64,000 nt of DNA, from assembly GCA_937903605.1 (NCBI GenBank), contig CALCZC010000007.1, positions 124,459-188,458 on the forward strand, in the 5' to 3' direction. Below, in pieces: positions 1 through 12,271 of the stretch; positions within the stretch are counted from its first letter, which is position 1; each line of letters opens with the position of its first letter. This stretch comes from an uncultured bacterium. Lineage in GTDB: Bacteria > Patescibacteriota > Patescibacteriia > Magasanikbacterales > GWA2-37-8. A program made the translations under genes and the position numbers. The notes under the pieces were generated by a model. That model had not been told where the DNA came from and searched no databases. It saw nothing but the letters and a program-made list of their open reading frames with translations.

Positions 1-1292
1 CCTTTTTTACCGGTGACCGGAGCGATAATAATTTCCGGATCAACCAAACCGGTCGGACGGACGATTTGTTCCACCACTTGGTCGCTCAATTTCATTTCAT
101 AATCATCGGGAGTCGCGGAAACATAAATAACTTTCTTGGTACGAGCATCAAATTCTTCATAAGTAAGCGGACGATTATCGCGCGCGCTGGGTAATCTGAA
201 TCCGTGTTCAATCAAAGTGTCTTTGCGTGATCTGTCGCCGGCAAACATCCCGCGCAATTGCGGAATAGTTACGTGCGATTCATCAATCACGGTCAAGAAA
301 TCCCCTGCTCCGTAATTGAAATAATCTAGCAAGGTAAAGGCCGGTTCGCCGGCTTTTCGCTCTTCAAAAAATCTGGAATAATTTTCTATACCGTTGCAAT
401 AACCGATATGTTCAATGAGTTCCAGATCATAATTTGTTTTACGTTTCAATCTTTCCGCTTCCAACAATTTACCGCCCCGCATCAATTCTTCATATCTGAT
501 TTTCAATTCATCTCTGATAGCTTGCAAGGCATTATTTTTGGTTTCTTGCGATACCACATAATGTTTAGCCGGAAAAAGCCAAACATCTTTACTTTCCCCC
601 ACCCTCTTGCGAGTCAAAGCGTCAAAAATTTCAATAGAATCTATTTTGTCGCTAAGTCCGAAACGATAAATTTTTTCTTCATTCACCGGAACCAATTCCA
701 AAACTTGTCCACGTAACAAAAATGTTCCACGTTTGAGTTCTCCGTTTGTTCTTTCAAATTTCATTTCAACTAATTTTTCCATCAAACCCCGACGATCCAG
801 TTTATCTCCAACTTCCAAATGCAAAACCGTGCGTTCGTATTCTTTTGGTGAACCAAGATTATAAATTGCCGATACTGATGCCACGATTATTACGTCTTTA
901 CGAGTGAGTAAAGCTTGCGTGCAAGCGTGACGCAAACGGTCTATTTCTTCGTTTATCTGCGCTTCTTTTTCAATATAAGTGTCAGTGTGGGGCATGTATG
1001 CCTCGGGTTGGTAGTAATCGTAAAAAGAAACAAAATACTCCACCGCATTATCGGGAAAAAATTCACGAAATTCATTGCAAAGTTGCGCGGCTAAAGTTTT
1101 GTTATGTGCAATAACCAGCGTCGGCTTCTGGGTTTTTTCTATAACATTGGCAATGGTAAAAGTTTTACCCGAACCGGTCACGCCAAGCAAAGTTTGCCGA
1201 CGCATATCAGAAGATATACCATCTACTAATTTTGTGATGGCCTCTGGCTGATCGCCTGATGGCTTGTAATTTGACTTAAGCTTAAACTTCAT
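1..1292 (-). CDS. uvrB: Excinuclease ABC subunit B, 5' part (runs off the window start)
   Basis: Manual translation from ATG at 1292 gives MKFKLKSNYKPSGDQPEAI...TLLGVTGSGKTFT...AHNKTLAAQL...FVSFYDYYQPEAY...DESHVT, the UvrB motifs. Absent from the ORF track because it has no stop within the window. Confidence 0.96.
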   Translation of the reverse strand, partial: MKFKLKSNYKPSGDQPEAITKLVDGISSDMRRQTLLGVTGSGKTFTIANVIEKTQKPTLVIAHNKTLAAQLCNEFREFFPDNAVEYFVSFYDYYQPEAYMPHTDTYIEKEAQINEEIDRLRHACTQALLTRKDVIIVASVSAIYNLGSPKEYERTVLHLEVGDKLDRRGLMEKLVEMKFERTNGELKRGTFLLRGQVLELVPVNEEKIYRFGLSDKIDSIEIFDALTRKRVGESKDVWLFPAKHYVVSQETKNNALQAIRDELKIRYEELMRGGKLLEAERLKRKTNYDLELIEHIGYCNGIENYSRFFEERKAGEPAFTLLDYFNYGAGDFLTVIDESHVTIPQLRGMFAGDRSRKDTLIEHGFRLPSARDNRPLTYEEFDARTKKVIYVSATPDDYEMKLSDQVVEQIVRPTGLVDPEIIIAPVTGKK

Positions 1293-1310
1293 TTTAAACA
1301 ATGTTATTTT

Positions 1311-1406
1311 GTCATTCTGAGCAAAGCGAAGAATCGCTTATAGTTTAACTTATTTCCTAAATCCTTGTTTAAGGGATCTTTCTCCGCCTAGGCGGATCAA
1401 GATGAC
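1311..1406. repeat. GTCAT...ATGAC miniature inverted-repeat element, subfamily 1, copy A
   Basis: Terminal IR arms GTCATTCTGAGC-N-GCGAAGAATC / GATCTTTC...TCAAGATGAC. The central ~40 nt is identical to the reverse complement of 8004-8092. Confidence 0.9.
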
Positions 1407-1448
1407 GCTTACATACTTAATACTTGATACTATATACTTAATACTATT

Positions 1449-2543
1449 TTAGTATTTCTTCTCCACCATACTTTCCACTATACCTATAAGCAATAGATTC
1501 ATCATTAATGATGAGCCTCCATAGCTCACAAACGGCAAAGTGACACCGGTGACTGGCAACAATCCGACATTGGCACCAATATTAATAAAAAACTGTGTAA
1601 AAAACAAGGCTACAACTCCCGACACGGTCAAAGCAATAAAATCATTTCCAGTTTTAGAAGCCAAAGATAATAATCGCCAAAAAATAATCAAGAAAAGTAT
1701 TAAAATGACACTAACTCCCAAAAAACCCATTTCCTCGGCAATCACAGAAAAAACAAAGTCAGTCTGTGTTTCTGGTAAAAATCTCAATTGACTTTGTGAA
1801 CCAAAACCCAAACCACGGCCAAATAAATTTCCAGATCCAACCGCGATTATAGATTGAGTAACGTTATAACCGGACCCCAATGGATCGTGCGCCGGATTTA
1901 TAAAAGTTAAAACCCTGTCTTTTTGATAATCCTTTAACAAGAAAAACCAACTGAAAACAGATAGAACTATAAAAAAAACAATAAAACCAAAAATCAGGGA
2001 TTTTTTGGCTCCGGTTAAAAACATCAAGATAAACCAGATAGCTCCCAAAAGTATTGCCGATCCCAAGTCCGGTTGACCCATCACAAAAAAAATCGGAGTT
2101 AAGGTTAAAAATAAAGTAAAAAAGAAAAATTTAGGTCTCTCAAATTGTCTCCCCGCATTGGAGATAACATAAGCCAACATCAAAATCAAACCGACTTTAG
2201 CCAACTCTACCGGTTGAAAAGAAAAACCGGCAAAATTAAACCAACCGGTGGTACCACGAATATTTTGTCCGAATAACAAAACTCCGATCAACAAAATAAC
2301 AGAAGCAAAGTAAAACCAGCGGGCATAAATCTTGAAGAAAGTATATTGCAAAGCACTGCTAAAAAACAAAATTATCAGTCCCAACGATAAGGCTAAAATT
2401 TGTCTTTTGAAATATATCAATTCACTGCCCCGAGATAAATCCACGCTGTAAATAGCCATCAATCCGAAAGCAACCAAAAAAAATACGGCCAAAAAAAGAA
2501 GCCAGTCAAAACTCCTCCCTGAGAATTTGGCCAAACTAAACAT
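1449..2543 (-). CDS. rodA: Rod shape-determining protein RodA (FtsW/RodA/SpoVE SEDS family)
   Basis: Multi-TM protein with FQPVELAK, QPDLGSA, GYNVTQSIIAVGSG, LPETQTDFVF and LPFVSYGGSS motifs. Confidence 0.9.
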   Translation of the reverse strand: MFSLAKFSGRSFDWLLFLAVFFLVAFGLMAIYSVDLSRGSELIYFKRQILALSLGLIILFFSSALQYTFFKIYARWFYFASVILLIGVLLFGQNIRGTTGWFNFAGFSFQPVELAKVGLILMLAYVISNAGRQFERPKFFFFTLFLTLTPIFFVMGQPDLGSAILLGAIWFILMFLTGAKKSLIFGFIVFFIVLSVFSWFFLLKDYQKDRVLTFINPAHDPLGSGYNVTQSIIAVGSGNLFGRGLGFGSQSQLRFLPETQTDFVFSVIAEEMGFLGVSVILILFLIIFWRLLSLASKTGNDFIALTVSGVVALFFTQFFINIGANVGLLPVTGVTLPFVSYGGSSLMMNLLLIGIVESMVEKKY

Positions 2544-2544
2544 A

Positions 2545-3504
2545 CTATCTTACCGGTTCAAAATAAACACTTCTTTCAAAATAATTGATGGAAGGATAAA
2601 TGACAATTTCGTCAACAGAAAGATTATCAGCAAAACTGCGTAAATCTATATTTCTCCTTTGCAATGATTCAAATCTTTCCAAGCGTATTTCTGCCACTCC
2701 CGTGGTAAAACCACCACTTTTAAATTCTACTAAAAATGTCGGGTCCCAGTAGTGAAACGGGCTATTGTTTATAAGATCAAACTTGATAATATTGGCATTT
2801 GCTCCTTCCGGATGTAAAACACCTTTAAAATCAAAATTTTCGACTACAAATAGATTTCTCTGCATAATATAGCCAATCGGATCGGGAAATAAATGAGCAT
2901 TCAATCTTTTAAAGGAAATATTTTCCAAAATCAAACCCGAACCATAATTATCCTCCAAACCAAATTCAGCAAACAACTTTGTTTCTTGTGGTAAAAGAAA
3001 GCCTTTCTTTTTTTCTGTCAAAACACCGTTAAACGAAAAATAATAATCGAAATAAACCACATGATTGGCGTTGGGGTTGGAAATTTGAGCCACTGCATCA
3101 TATTTACCGACACCGGAAACAAAAATTTGTGTTTCATCCATTAATAAAGCTTGTGGAGCAAAAATAGAACGTATTCTTTCATAATCATCAGAACGAGTCA
3201 TCTGTTCAATAGTTTTGTTGTCACGAGGTATCTCTATAATAAAAATCCAAGCAATCCTAAGTACAGAATAAAAAATAGTAATAACAGAAAAAACAACCAA
3301 ACAGCCTACCAAAATACGATACAATAACATGCGATTTTCTACATACCAAGCGGAAAAATTCAATTGGCGATTACTAAACATTCCCGTCGGATCTTCGTAT
3401 TTTTTAAAACCGTTTTTTTTGAGACCTTTTAAATTCGGGATATCTTGACCCGCATTAACGATTTTTCTTTGGTCTAAATTATTTTTTTGCGAATAAAAAT
3501 CCAT
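2545..3504 (-). CDS. Hypothetical single-pass membrane protein
   Basis: 319-aa ORF with one TM segment and a beta-rich C-terminal region; 1 nt from the rodA start. Confidence 0.75.
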   Translation of the reverse strand: MDFYSQKNNLDQRKIVNAGQDIPNLKGLKKNGFKKYEDPTGMFSNRQLNFSAWYVENRMLLYRILVGCLVVFSVITIFYSVLRIAWIFIIEIPRDNKTIEQMTRSDDYERIRSIFAPQALLMDETQIFVSGVGKYDAVAQISNPNANHVVYFDYYFSFNGVLTEKKKGFLLPQETKLFAEFGLEDNYGSGLILENISFKRLNAHLFPDPIGYIMQRNLFVVENFDFKGVLHPEGANANIIKFDLINNSPFHYWDPTFLVEFKSGGFTTGVAEIRLERFESLQRRNIDLRSFADNLSVDEIVIYPSINYFERSVYFEPVR

Positions 3505-3687
3505 ACTTTTTAAAATTAGTTCATTTAAGATAATTTTATCATTGTTTGTCTTTTTTTACAACAAAAGACATTTCTCTTCTATCAGTAAACTATTGTTTTG
3601 ACAATTTTTTAATAAATCCTAAAAATAGACTAGATCGTCTTTTTTGAATTTTTATACACTTGCTTGAAGATAGAATAAATGTTATAA

Positions 3688-5781
<2,094 letters not shown>

Positions 5782-5886
5782 TTGGACTTCGGACTACAGA
5801 CTACGGACTACTGTCATTGCGAGTGAAACGAAACAATCCCACTGATTTGAGAAATTGATAATTAATAATTAAAAATTGACAAAACA

Positions 5887-5921
5887 AACAAAAAACTTCG
5901 CTGATTGGGCGAAGTTTTTTT
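5887..5921. terminator. Bidirectional intrinsic terminator
   Basis: A-tract, CTTCGC-TGATTGG-GCGAAG hairpin, T-tract between convergent genes; 33/34 identical to 24514-24547. Confidence 0.8.
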
Positions 5922-5967
5922 ATTTTTTAAATTACTTTATTTTTTTATAGAATTATATATTTAAAAA

Positions 5968-6864
5968 TTAATCAAAAGCTCGTACATGCAAATTTTTCAT
6001 AGTTGCAAATAATTTTCTTTCAAAATCAAAGAAAAAACGGTACATCTCTTTTCTTTCACCATCCTTTAGATAACCCCGTCCATCATCATCTAGCCAACTC
6101 CGAAAATTACCCAATTCTATCATTATTTGCTTACTAAGTAAATCCAAATTATTATAACTTTTTCCAAAAAGTCTTTCATCTTTTGAGAGTTTTTCTACAA
6201 CTTTTGTTAAAACATCATTATTAAAGTTATTAAAATTATTCATTTTCATGGTTTTTTCAATAAACTTAACATAACAATCTTCGATAGATAATTTTTCATC
6301 ATTTTCCGATAAACTTTGTGTTTCTAGTAAAATTTCTTTTATTAATTTTTGAGATCTAGCAAATAAATCTTTAATTTTTTCAAAACCCCCTAAAATGTAC
6401 GATTTTCGATATTGAAGTACTTGAAACCAACCAGGGGGATTTTCTTCAAGTTCACTTAACTTTTCCAAAAAAGGTTGAGTATTTATCAAATATTCATTAA
6501 AATTTTTAGCGTAAGTAGAATTATCGTTTATCTTTTCAGTGAGTAATTTAGCAAAATCTCCATAACTTTTTTTAACTAGTTCAGTGTCGAGAAAAAACTC
6601 TTTATCTTCTGGATTAAAACCTAATTCTTTCATTTTTTCTATTTGAGATTTTAATTCTTCAATTTCTTTTTTTAAAGATTTAATTTCCTCATCTTTTTCT
6701 ATATTTTTTATTTCTTCTTTCCCTTCTACTTTATTAAATCTTTCCATAACTTCTTCATGACTAGAAACACCAACTATCTCTTTTGCCTCTTCCAATTCTC
6801 CTGAATTTTTAATTTCTAAATCATATTCTTTATAAGCAGGATGAACATTTTTATTTTTTTCCAT
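5968..6864 (-). CDS. Hypothetical Glu/Lys-rich coiled-coil protein
   Basis: 298-aa very AT-rich ORF with its own TTGACA promoter (about 6920-6925); no recognisable motif. Confidence 0.7.
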   Translation of the reverse strand: MEKNKNVHPAYKEYDLEIKNSGELEEAKEIVGVSSHEEVMERFNKVEGKEEIKNIEKDEEIKSLKKEIEELKSQIEKMKELGFNPEDKEFFLDTELVKKSYGDFAKLLTEKINDNSTYAKNFNEYLINTQPFLEKLSELEENPPGWFQVLQYRKSYILGGFEKIKDLFARSQKLIKEILLETQSLSENDEKLSIEDCYVKFIEKTMKMNNFNNFNNDVLTKVVEKLSKDERLFGKSYNNLDLLSKQIMIELGNFRSWLDDDGRGYLKDGERKEMYRFFFDFERKLFATMKNLHVRAFD

Positions 6865-6935
6865 ATTTTAAAAATTATTTTTTATATTTTATATTACGAT
6901 ACCAATTTTATTAAGTTTTTGTCAAACGAGTTGAG

Positions 6936-6955
6936 CCTGCCTGTCGGCAGACAGG
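6936..6955. repeat. 20-bp palindromic repeat (CCTGCCTGCCGGCAGGCAGG family)
   Basis: CCTGCCTGTCGGCAGACAGG; other copies at 12183, 25520 and 30475. Confidence 0.85.
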
Positions 6956-6960
6956 ATACT

Positions 6961-7034
6961 GTCATTCCTGCGAAGGCAGGAATCCAGTGGCTATCTTAAT
7001 TTTTCCTGAGGATCCCCGCCTTCGCGGGGATGAC
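6961..7034. repeat. GTCAT...ATGAC miniature inverted-repeat element, subfamily 2
   Basis: GTCATTCCTGCGAAGGCAGGAATCC ... GGATCCCCGCCTTCGCGGGGATGAC; spacer related to 9759-9875. Confidence 0.85.
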
Positions 7035-7196
7035 AATTGGGACTATTTTTAAATATCTTAATATCCAATATCCCAATATCTTTTTGGCTACATTTAGCCA
7101 AAATCACCAGTGCACACCCAATCTTGACTAAATCCCCGACTTATGTTAATATATTAGTATAAATCGGCTGACAGGCCGTTTTTAAATACAAAAAAT

Positions 7197-7385
7197 ATGA
7201 TCGAAAAAATGATCCAATATTTCAAGGATTCTTACGCCGAGATGAAAAAAGTCACTTGGCCGACAAAAAAACAAACCATCAACTACAGCGCTTTGGTTAT
7301 CGCCATGAGCGTCGGGATGGCGGTGTTTTTTTCTGTTTTGGACTACGTGTTCAACTTGGGTTTAACCAAACTCATCACTCAGTAA
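7197..7385 (+). CDS. secE: Preprotein translocase subunit SecE
   Basis: EMKKVTWPT motif, single TM, directly upstream of nusG. Confidence 0.95.
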   Translation: MIEKMIQYFKDSYAEMKKVTWPTKKQTINYSALVIAMSVGMAVFFSVLDYVFNLGLTKLITQ

Positions 7386-7411
7386 TTTATCTTAACTAAG
7401 GAGAAAATAAT

Positions 7412-7957
7412 ATGGCTAAACAAACGATGAATCTCGGTCGTCGCTGGTATGTACTACATACTTATAGCGGTTACGAAGAAAATGTAAAACACAATTTGGA
7501 ACAAAGAATCGCTTCTTTTGATATGCAAGATAGAATTTTTAATATTTTGGTTCCTAAAGAAAAGAAAATTAAAATAAAAAATGGCAAACGCACCACTGTA
7601 GAAGAAAAGATTTTTCCTGGTTATGTGCTTTGTGAGATGATTGTAACAGATGATTCTTGGTATGTTGTTCGCAACACTCCAAACGTTACCGGCTTTGTTG
7701 GTTCCGGCACTACTCCAACTCCTATAGACCAAAAAGAAATAGAAAGTTTAATGAAAAGAGTGTCTGCAGAAAATACTCAACAAAAAATTGATATGGAAGT
7801 TAGTGATATCGTTCGTATTGTTGATGGTCCTTTCAAAAATTTCGAAGGTAAGGTCAGTCATGTTGATGAAGAACGCGGTAAAATCAAAGTCATGGTTACT
7901 ATGTTCGGTCGTGAAACACCGGTTGAATTGGATGCTTTACAAGCTAAAAAGATTTAA
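7412..7957 (+). CDS. nusG: Transcription termination/antitermination factor NusG
   Basis: WYVLHTYSGYE, FPGYV, VRNTPNVTGFVG, KOW GPF...FGRETPVEL. Confidence 0.97.
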   Translation: MAKQTMNLGRRWYVLHTYSGYEENVKHNLEQRIASFDMQDRIFNILVPKEKKIKIKNGKRTTVEEKIFPGYVLCEMIVTDDSWYVVRNTPNVTGFVGSGTTPTPIDQKEIESLMKRVSAENTQQKIDMEVSDIVRIVDGPFKNFEGKVSHVDEERGKIKVMVTMFGRETPVELDALQAKKI

Positions 7958-8003
7958 TAATCAAACTACTGCCCTGGCAACAGGGGCTTCTCAGTAGACA
8001 AAC

Positions 8004-8092
8004 GTCATCCTGAGCGTAGCGAAGGATCCCTTAAACAAGGATTTAGGAAATAAGTTAAACTATAAGCGATTCTTCGCTTCGCTCAGAATGAC
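8004..8092. repeat. GTCAT...ATGAC miniature inverted-repeat element, subfamily 1, copy B
   Basis: GTCATCCTGAGCGTAGCGAAGGATC...GATTCTTCGCTTCGCTCAGAATGAC between nusG and rplK. Confidence 0.9.
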
Positions 8093-8120
8093 AAAATTAA
8101 AAATTAAAAATTGCTTTACT

Positions 8121-8546
8121 ATGGCAAAAAAATTACTTACTCAAATCAAATTGCAAATCATGGGTGGCGCCGCCAACCCAGCACCACCGGTTGGTCCGGC
8201 TTTGGGTCAACATGGGGTAAATATCGCCGGATTTTGTAAAGAATTCAACGATAAAACTCAAGATAAAAAAGGTGAAGTCGTACCAGTGGTTATCTCTGTA
8301 TACGATGATAGAAGTTTTTCTTTCATCATGAAAACTGCACCGGTTGCCGAACTTATCAAAAAAGCCGCTAAAATCAGTAAGGGTTCAGCCAAACCTTTAC
8401 AAGAAAAAGTTGGCAAATTGACTAAAGCTCAAGTTCGCGAAATCGCCGAGAAAAAACTTTCCGATTTAAACGCTAGTGATGTTGAAGCTGCCATGAAAAT
8501 GGTAGAAGGCACTGCCAGACAAATGGGTGTAACGATTGAGGGATAA
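8121..8546 (+). CDS. rplK: 50S ribosomal protein L11
   Basis: [18 protein letters not shown]...GTARQMG. Start moved to the ATG at 8121 because the upstream ATG lies in the repeat. Confidence 0.97.
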   Translation: MAKKLLTQIKLQIMGGAANPAPPVGPALGQHGVNIAGFCKEFNDKTQDKKGEVVPVVISVYDDRSFSFIMKTAPVAELIKKAAKISKGSAKPLQEKVGKLTKAQVREIAEKKLSDLNASDVEAAMKMVEGTARQMGVTIEG

Positions 8547-8628
8547 AATAAATTCAACAAAAATAACGGTCTTACGACCGTTATTTTTTTGTTCTATCAA
8601 TCTTTAAATCTTATAATCTTGAAATCTT

Positions 8629-9741
8629 TTAATATAGTAGCATTGCATCTCCAAAACTATAAAATCTATAGTCTTCTTTTACCGCTTCTTCATAACATTT
8701 GAGCATAAATTCTCGATCATCGGCAAAAGCGCAAACTAACATCAGCAAAGTGCTTTTTGGTAAATGAAAATTGGTAATCAAAGCATCAATCACTTGAAAT
8801 TTAAAACCTGGAATAATAAAAAGATTTATATCTCCTTGAAAAGATTTTATTAATCTTTTATCTTTAGAGTCTTTATTTATTTCTGCCAAACCTTCCAAAG
8901 TGCGGACTGTGGTGGTGCCCACGGCAATTATTCTCCTACCTTGTGCCTTGGCATCATTTATCAGACTGGCATTTTTATCAGTCACTTCTACCCATTCATG
9001 GTGCATTTTATGATTTTCCAATTTTTCAGTTTTAACCGGTTGAAAAGTACCTAAACCGACATGTAAAGTAACTTCAGCAAAATCTACACCCTTTTGTTTT
9101 ATTTTTTCAATCAATTCCGGTGTAAAATGAAAACCGGCTGTTGGTGCGGCTACCGAACCCTCATTTTTTGCATATACAGTTTGATATTTATCATTTAGTT
9201 CATCTTGGGTAATATTAATATTTTTGATATATGGCGGAGTTGGTACTTCACCATATTTATTGGCTTTGGCACGAACATTAAAATCACTGTCGTTAAAATC
9301 AACCAAAACAGTGCCATCCGTATCTTTGAGCAATACTTCGGCAACAAAATCCGTAGCAAAAACTATTTTCATTCCCAAACGTAGTCGCTTCCCCGGTTTA
9401 GCTAGCACTTTCCAAATACCTTCATTTTCCGAAGGTCTTAACAGAAAAACTTCTACTGGTTTCAAATTGAGAATTTTATTGGTTGACTTTCTGTCTTTGA
9501 GATTATCTGACCTCTGATCAAGCTTGATTTCTCCTTTTAACCTCGCTTTAAAAACTTTGGAATTGTTCCACACTACCAAATCTCCAGGTTGCAGGTAATC
9601 CAAAATATCAGTAAATTTTTTGTGTTCAACGGTTTTTTCTTCTTTATTAATTACCATCAAACGTGAAGAATCCCGAGGCTCTGCCGGAGCTTGAGCGATA
9701 TTTTTAACGGGCAGGTTGTAGTCGAAGTCGGAAGTATGCAT
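8629..9741 (-). CDS. queA: S-adenosylmethionine:tRNA ribosyltransferase-isomerase
   Basis: DFDYNLP...IAQ.P, YQTVYA, GSVAAPTAGFHFT, TLHVGLGTF, TNFHLPKSTL, YRFYSFGDAM. Confidence 0.96.
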   Translation of the reverse strand: MHTSDFDYNLPVKNIAQAPAEPRDSSRLMVINKEEKTVEHKKFTDILDYLQPGDLVVWNNSKVFKARLKGEIKLDQRSDNLKDRKSTNKILNLKPVEVFLLRPSENEGIWKVLAKPGKRLRLGMKIVFATDFVAEVLLKDTDGTVLVDFNDSDFNVRAKANKYGEVPTPPYIKNINITQDELNDKYQTVYAKNEGSVAAPTAGFHFTPELIEKIKQKGVDFAEVTLHVGLGTFQPVKTEKLENHKMHHEWVEVTDKNASLINDAKAQGRRIIAVGTTTVRTLEGLAEINKDSKDKRLIKSFQGDINLFIIPGFKFQVIDALITNFHLPKSTLLMLVCAFADDREFMLKCYEEAVKEDYRFYSFGDAMLLY

Positions 9742-9758
9742 AAAAAGTTTTTTATTTT

Positions 9759-9875
9759 GTCATTCCTGCAGGCCAAAGGCCTCCCTTTGGGAAACGCGAA
9801 GAATCCAGTGGTTTTATTAAAATTTTCCTGGATCCCTGCTGTAGTTTATACCCGCTTGACGGGTGCAGGGATGAC
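9759..9875. repeat. GTCAT...ATGAC element, subfamily 2, with extra hairpins nested in both arms
   Basis: GTCATTCCTGC...GAAGAATCCAGTGG...TTTTCCTGGATCCCTGC...GCAGGGATGAC. Confidence 0.8.
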
Positions 9876-9890
9876 ACTTTATTTCAATTT

Positions 9891-10760
9891 TTACTTTAAA
9901 TATCTCACCTTATATATGTTATGTTGTTCTAGCGTTTTAGAGTAGTATATATTTCCATCATTATCGCTCAAAAAATACCAATAATCGTTTTTTTCCGGAT
10001 AAATTACCGCTTTTATAGCAGTTAAACTAGGGTTGGCTATAGGTCCTGGGGGTAAACCGCGATATTTGTAAGTATTATAAGGCGAATCTATCTGTGTGTC
10101 TGCAAGCGATACGGCCGGAGTGGTTTTGCCGGTAATATAATTGACTGTAGCACAAGATTGTAAAGCCCATTTCATATTGAGACGTCGCCAAAAAATATCT
10201 GCTACTTTGGCCATACTAGTAGCGTCCGGTGCTTCTTTTTCTACGATTGAAGCCATGGTCAAAATTTCAAAAAAAGTTTTATTTTGTCGTGTTATTTCTT
10301 CCCTCATTTCCGGAGTTATTTTCTTTTCCAAATTTTCAAAAATTTTTCTGAGTATTTCTTCCGGTTTGGCGTCTTTATAAATACGATAAGTATCAGGATA
10401 TATAAAACCCTCGTAAGAAGAGTTTTTTTCTTTTTCTTTTAAAATGGAAAAATCTGGAAAAAGCCCGGTAAGATCTGGAGCAGAGTTTCCCAATCCCCCG
10501 TATTTATGAGCCGGTTTTCCAAAAAGATTATAAATTTCTTCTTCGTTTTTAAACAATCCTTTAGATACCCAATCAGCGGCTACTTGTCGCAAAGTCCAGC
10601 CTGGAATAATGGTAATATTTATTTCCTCTCGTGGCGGAGCCATTTTTTTCTTTGCTTCCTCAGCTGCTTTGTGTTTTTGATAACCAAAAAAACCGACCGC
10701 TAAAGGCAGGCCAATAAGTATGAGTATAGAAATGCTTATTATTTTGTTATTGAAAGACAT
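9891..10760 (-). CDS. mltG: Endolytic transglycosylase MltG (YceG family)
   Basis: N-terminal TM; EGFIYPDTY, ASIVEKE, SPYNTYKYRGLPPGPIANP, YWYFL. Confidence 0.93.
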   Translation of the reverse strand: MSFNNKIISISILILIGLPLAVGFFGYQKHKAAEEAKKKMAPPREEINITIIPGWTLRQVAADWVSKGLFKNEEEIYNLFGKPAHKYGGLGNSAPDLTGLFPDFSILKEKEKNSSYEGFIYPDTYRIYKDAKPEEILRKIFENLEKKITPEMREEITRQNKTFFEILTMASIVEKEAPDATSMAKVADIFWRRLNMKWALQSCATVNYITGKTTPAVSLADTQIDSPYNTYKYRGLPPGPIANPSLTAIKAVIYPEKNDYWYFLSDNDGNIYYSKTLEQHNIYKVRYLK

Positions 10761-10841
10761 GAAAATAAATATTAAATATTGGATATTGAATATTAAAAAA
10801 ATTTAAACGGTTTACTAATATTCAATATTTAATATTCAGTA

Positions 10842-11531
10842 TTATTCGTTCCAATTCTCTCTCGCCCATTCCAATCTCTCCGGTACGCCAATGTCTATCC
10901 AATCACCATCAAAAGTATAAACATCCAGCTCTTTCATCTTGGGAAAAACATCATATTCTACGCTAAAACTATTTAACTCTTTAGGAAAATGTTCGTGGGC
11001 TTTGTGTGTAAAAAGATAAATACCTCCATTTATATATCCAGGAATATTTTTACCTTCTTTTTCTTTAAATTCCAGCAGATTATTTTTTTCATCAAATAAT
11101 AAAGTACCATAAGTACTGGAATCTTCTACGCGAGCCCCGAGCAATAATCCTTCTTTATCCGGATTTAATCTGGTTAACATTTCTCGTAAATTTACTCCTG
11201 TTAAAATATCCCCGTTTAATACGAATGTCGGCAGATGTGGATCTTTTAAATGTGAGAAAGCGAATTTAATAGCACCACCAGTTCCTAAACGTTCTTTTTC
11301 TATCGCATAAATTAGTTTTACTCCATTTCTTTCTTCACCAACGGTATTTTTCAAAACTTCGGAAAGATGGCCTGCAGCCAAAACAACTTCATTTAGACCT
11401 ATTTCTTTAATTTTTTCCAACTGCCAATCTAAAACCGTTTTACCTTTTATTTCTAGTAAAACCTTAGGGATAGATTTGGTTATATCTTTTAGTCTAGTGG
11501 ATAATCCACCACAAAGGATGATTGCATTCAT
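10842..11531 (-). CDS. Sugar-phosphate nucleotidyltransferase (NTP_transferase family)
   Basis: AIILCGGLSTRL...PKVL, LGTGGAI, NGD, INGGIY, WIDIG. Confidence 0.9.
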   Translation of the reverse strand: MNAIILCGGLSTRLKDITKSIPKVLLEIKGKTVLDWQLEKIKEIGLNEVVLAAGHLSEVLKNTVGEERNGVKLIYAIEKERLGTGGAIKFAFSHLKDPHLPTFVLNGDILTGVNLREMLTRLNPDKEGLLLGARVEDSSTYGTLLFDEKNNLLEFKEKEGKNIPGYINGGIYLFTHKAHEHFPKELNSFSVEYDVFPKMKELDVYTFDGDWIDIGVPERLEWARENWNE

Positions 11532-11538
11532 AATCAAG

Positions 11539-12075
11539 CTAAAAGGTAAAATTTAAAATAAACAAAAAATAATACATAATCAAACTGGAAACCAAGGCGG
11601 TTAAAAATCCAGCTAGGGCGTCCAATGGATAATGTACTCCACAATAAACCCTTCCCCAAACTACCCATAAAGCCAGAACAAACAAGCCGCTGATATAAGG
11701 TAATCCAAAAATTATAGCTAGAAAAAAAATAAGAAAAGCGGTCATAGCATGATCTGAAGGAAATGATTTCCAAGCCATCACTGGAGTAAACAGTTGTTTT
11801 ATTTCCGGCATTTGCACCTGGGGACGATTTTCTTTTATCAAAAAAGCTATTGCTAAATCCAGCAACCAGGCAAAAATCCAAGCTATAGGTAATGCTAATA
11901 ATCTAGTATACAACTTTTCTAAAGTCGAAGAACTGACCATAACAGATACAAAATACCAGCCGGCCATGGCAATAATAACAAATTCCGCCCCAGCTTTACC
12001 AAAAGAGTCCAGCCATTTATTTTTACCTATTAATTTGTTTATTTTTAGAAAAATTTTAGTATTTAAATCCATCAT
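11539..12075 (-). CDS. PAP2-family membrane phosphatase (undecaprenyl-diphosphatase-like)
   Basis: RP, SFPSDH and RVYCGVHYPLD motifs with TM helices. Confidence 0.9.
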   Translation of the reverse strand: MMDLNTKIFLKINKLIGKNKWLDSFGKAGAEFVIIAMAGWYFVSVMVSSSTLEKLYTRLLALPIAWIFAWLLDLAIAFLIKENRPQVQMPEIKQLFTPVMAWKSFPSDHAMTAFLIFFLAIIFGLPYISGLFVLALWVVWGRVYCGVHYPLDALAGFLTALVSSLIMYYFLFILNFTF

Positions 12076-12182
12076 ATATTTTTTGCTATTTTACCAATAA
12101 ATAAATGTTTTGGCAAACTTGAAGACTACTTGCCAAAAAATAAAAAATACGCTAATATTTATTCACATTTACGCGCCCATAG

Positions 12183-12202
12183 CCTGCCTGCCGGCAGGCA
12201 GG
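12183..12202. repeat. Perfect 20-bp palindrome CCTGCCTGCCGGCAGGCAGG inserted in the tRNA D-stem
   Basis: Inserted at AG^CT relative to the intact tRNA copy. Confidence 0.92.
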
Positions 12203-12271
12203 CTCAGTGGTTAGAGCACTGCCCTTATATTCGCTAAATGAGTAGTAAAACACAAATTTGCCGTGCGCCAA

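Noticed and set aside
8088-8120. N-terminal extension of L11 ([11 protein letters not shown])
   Set aside because: The ATG belongs to the ATGAC end of the repeat element; L11 homology starts at MAKK (8121).
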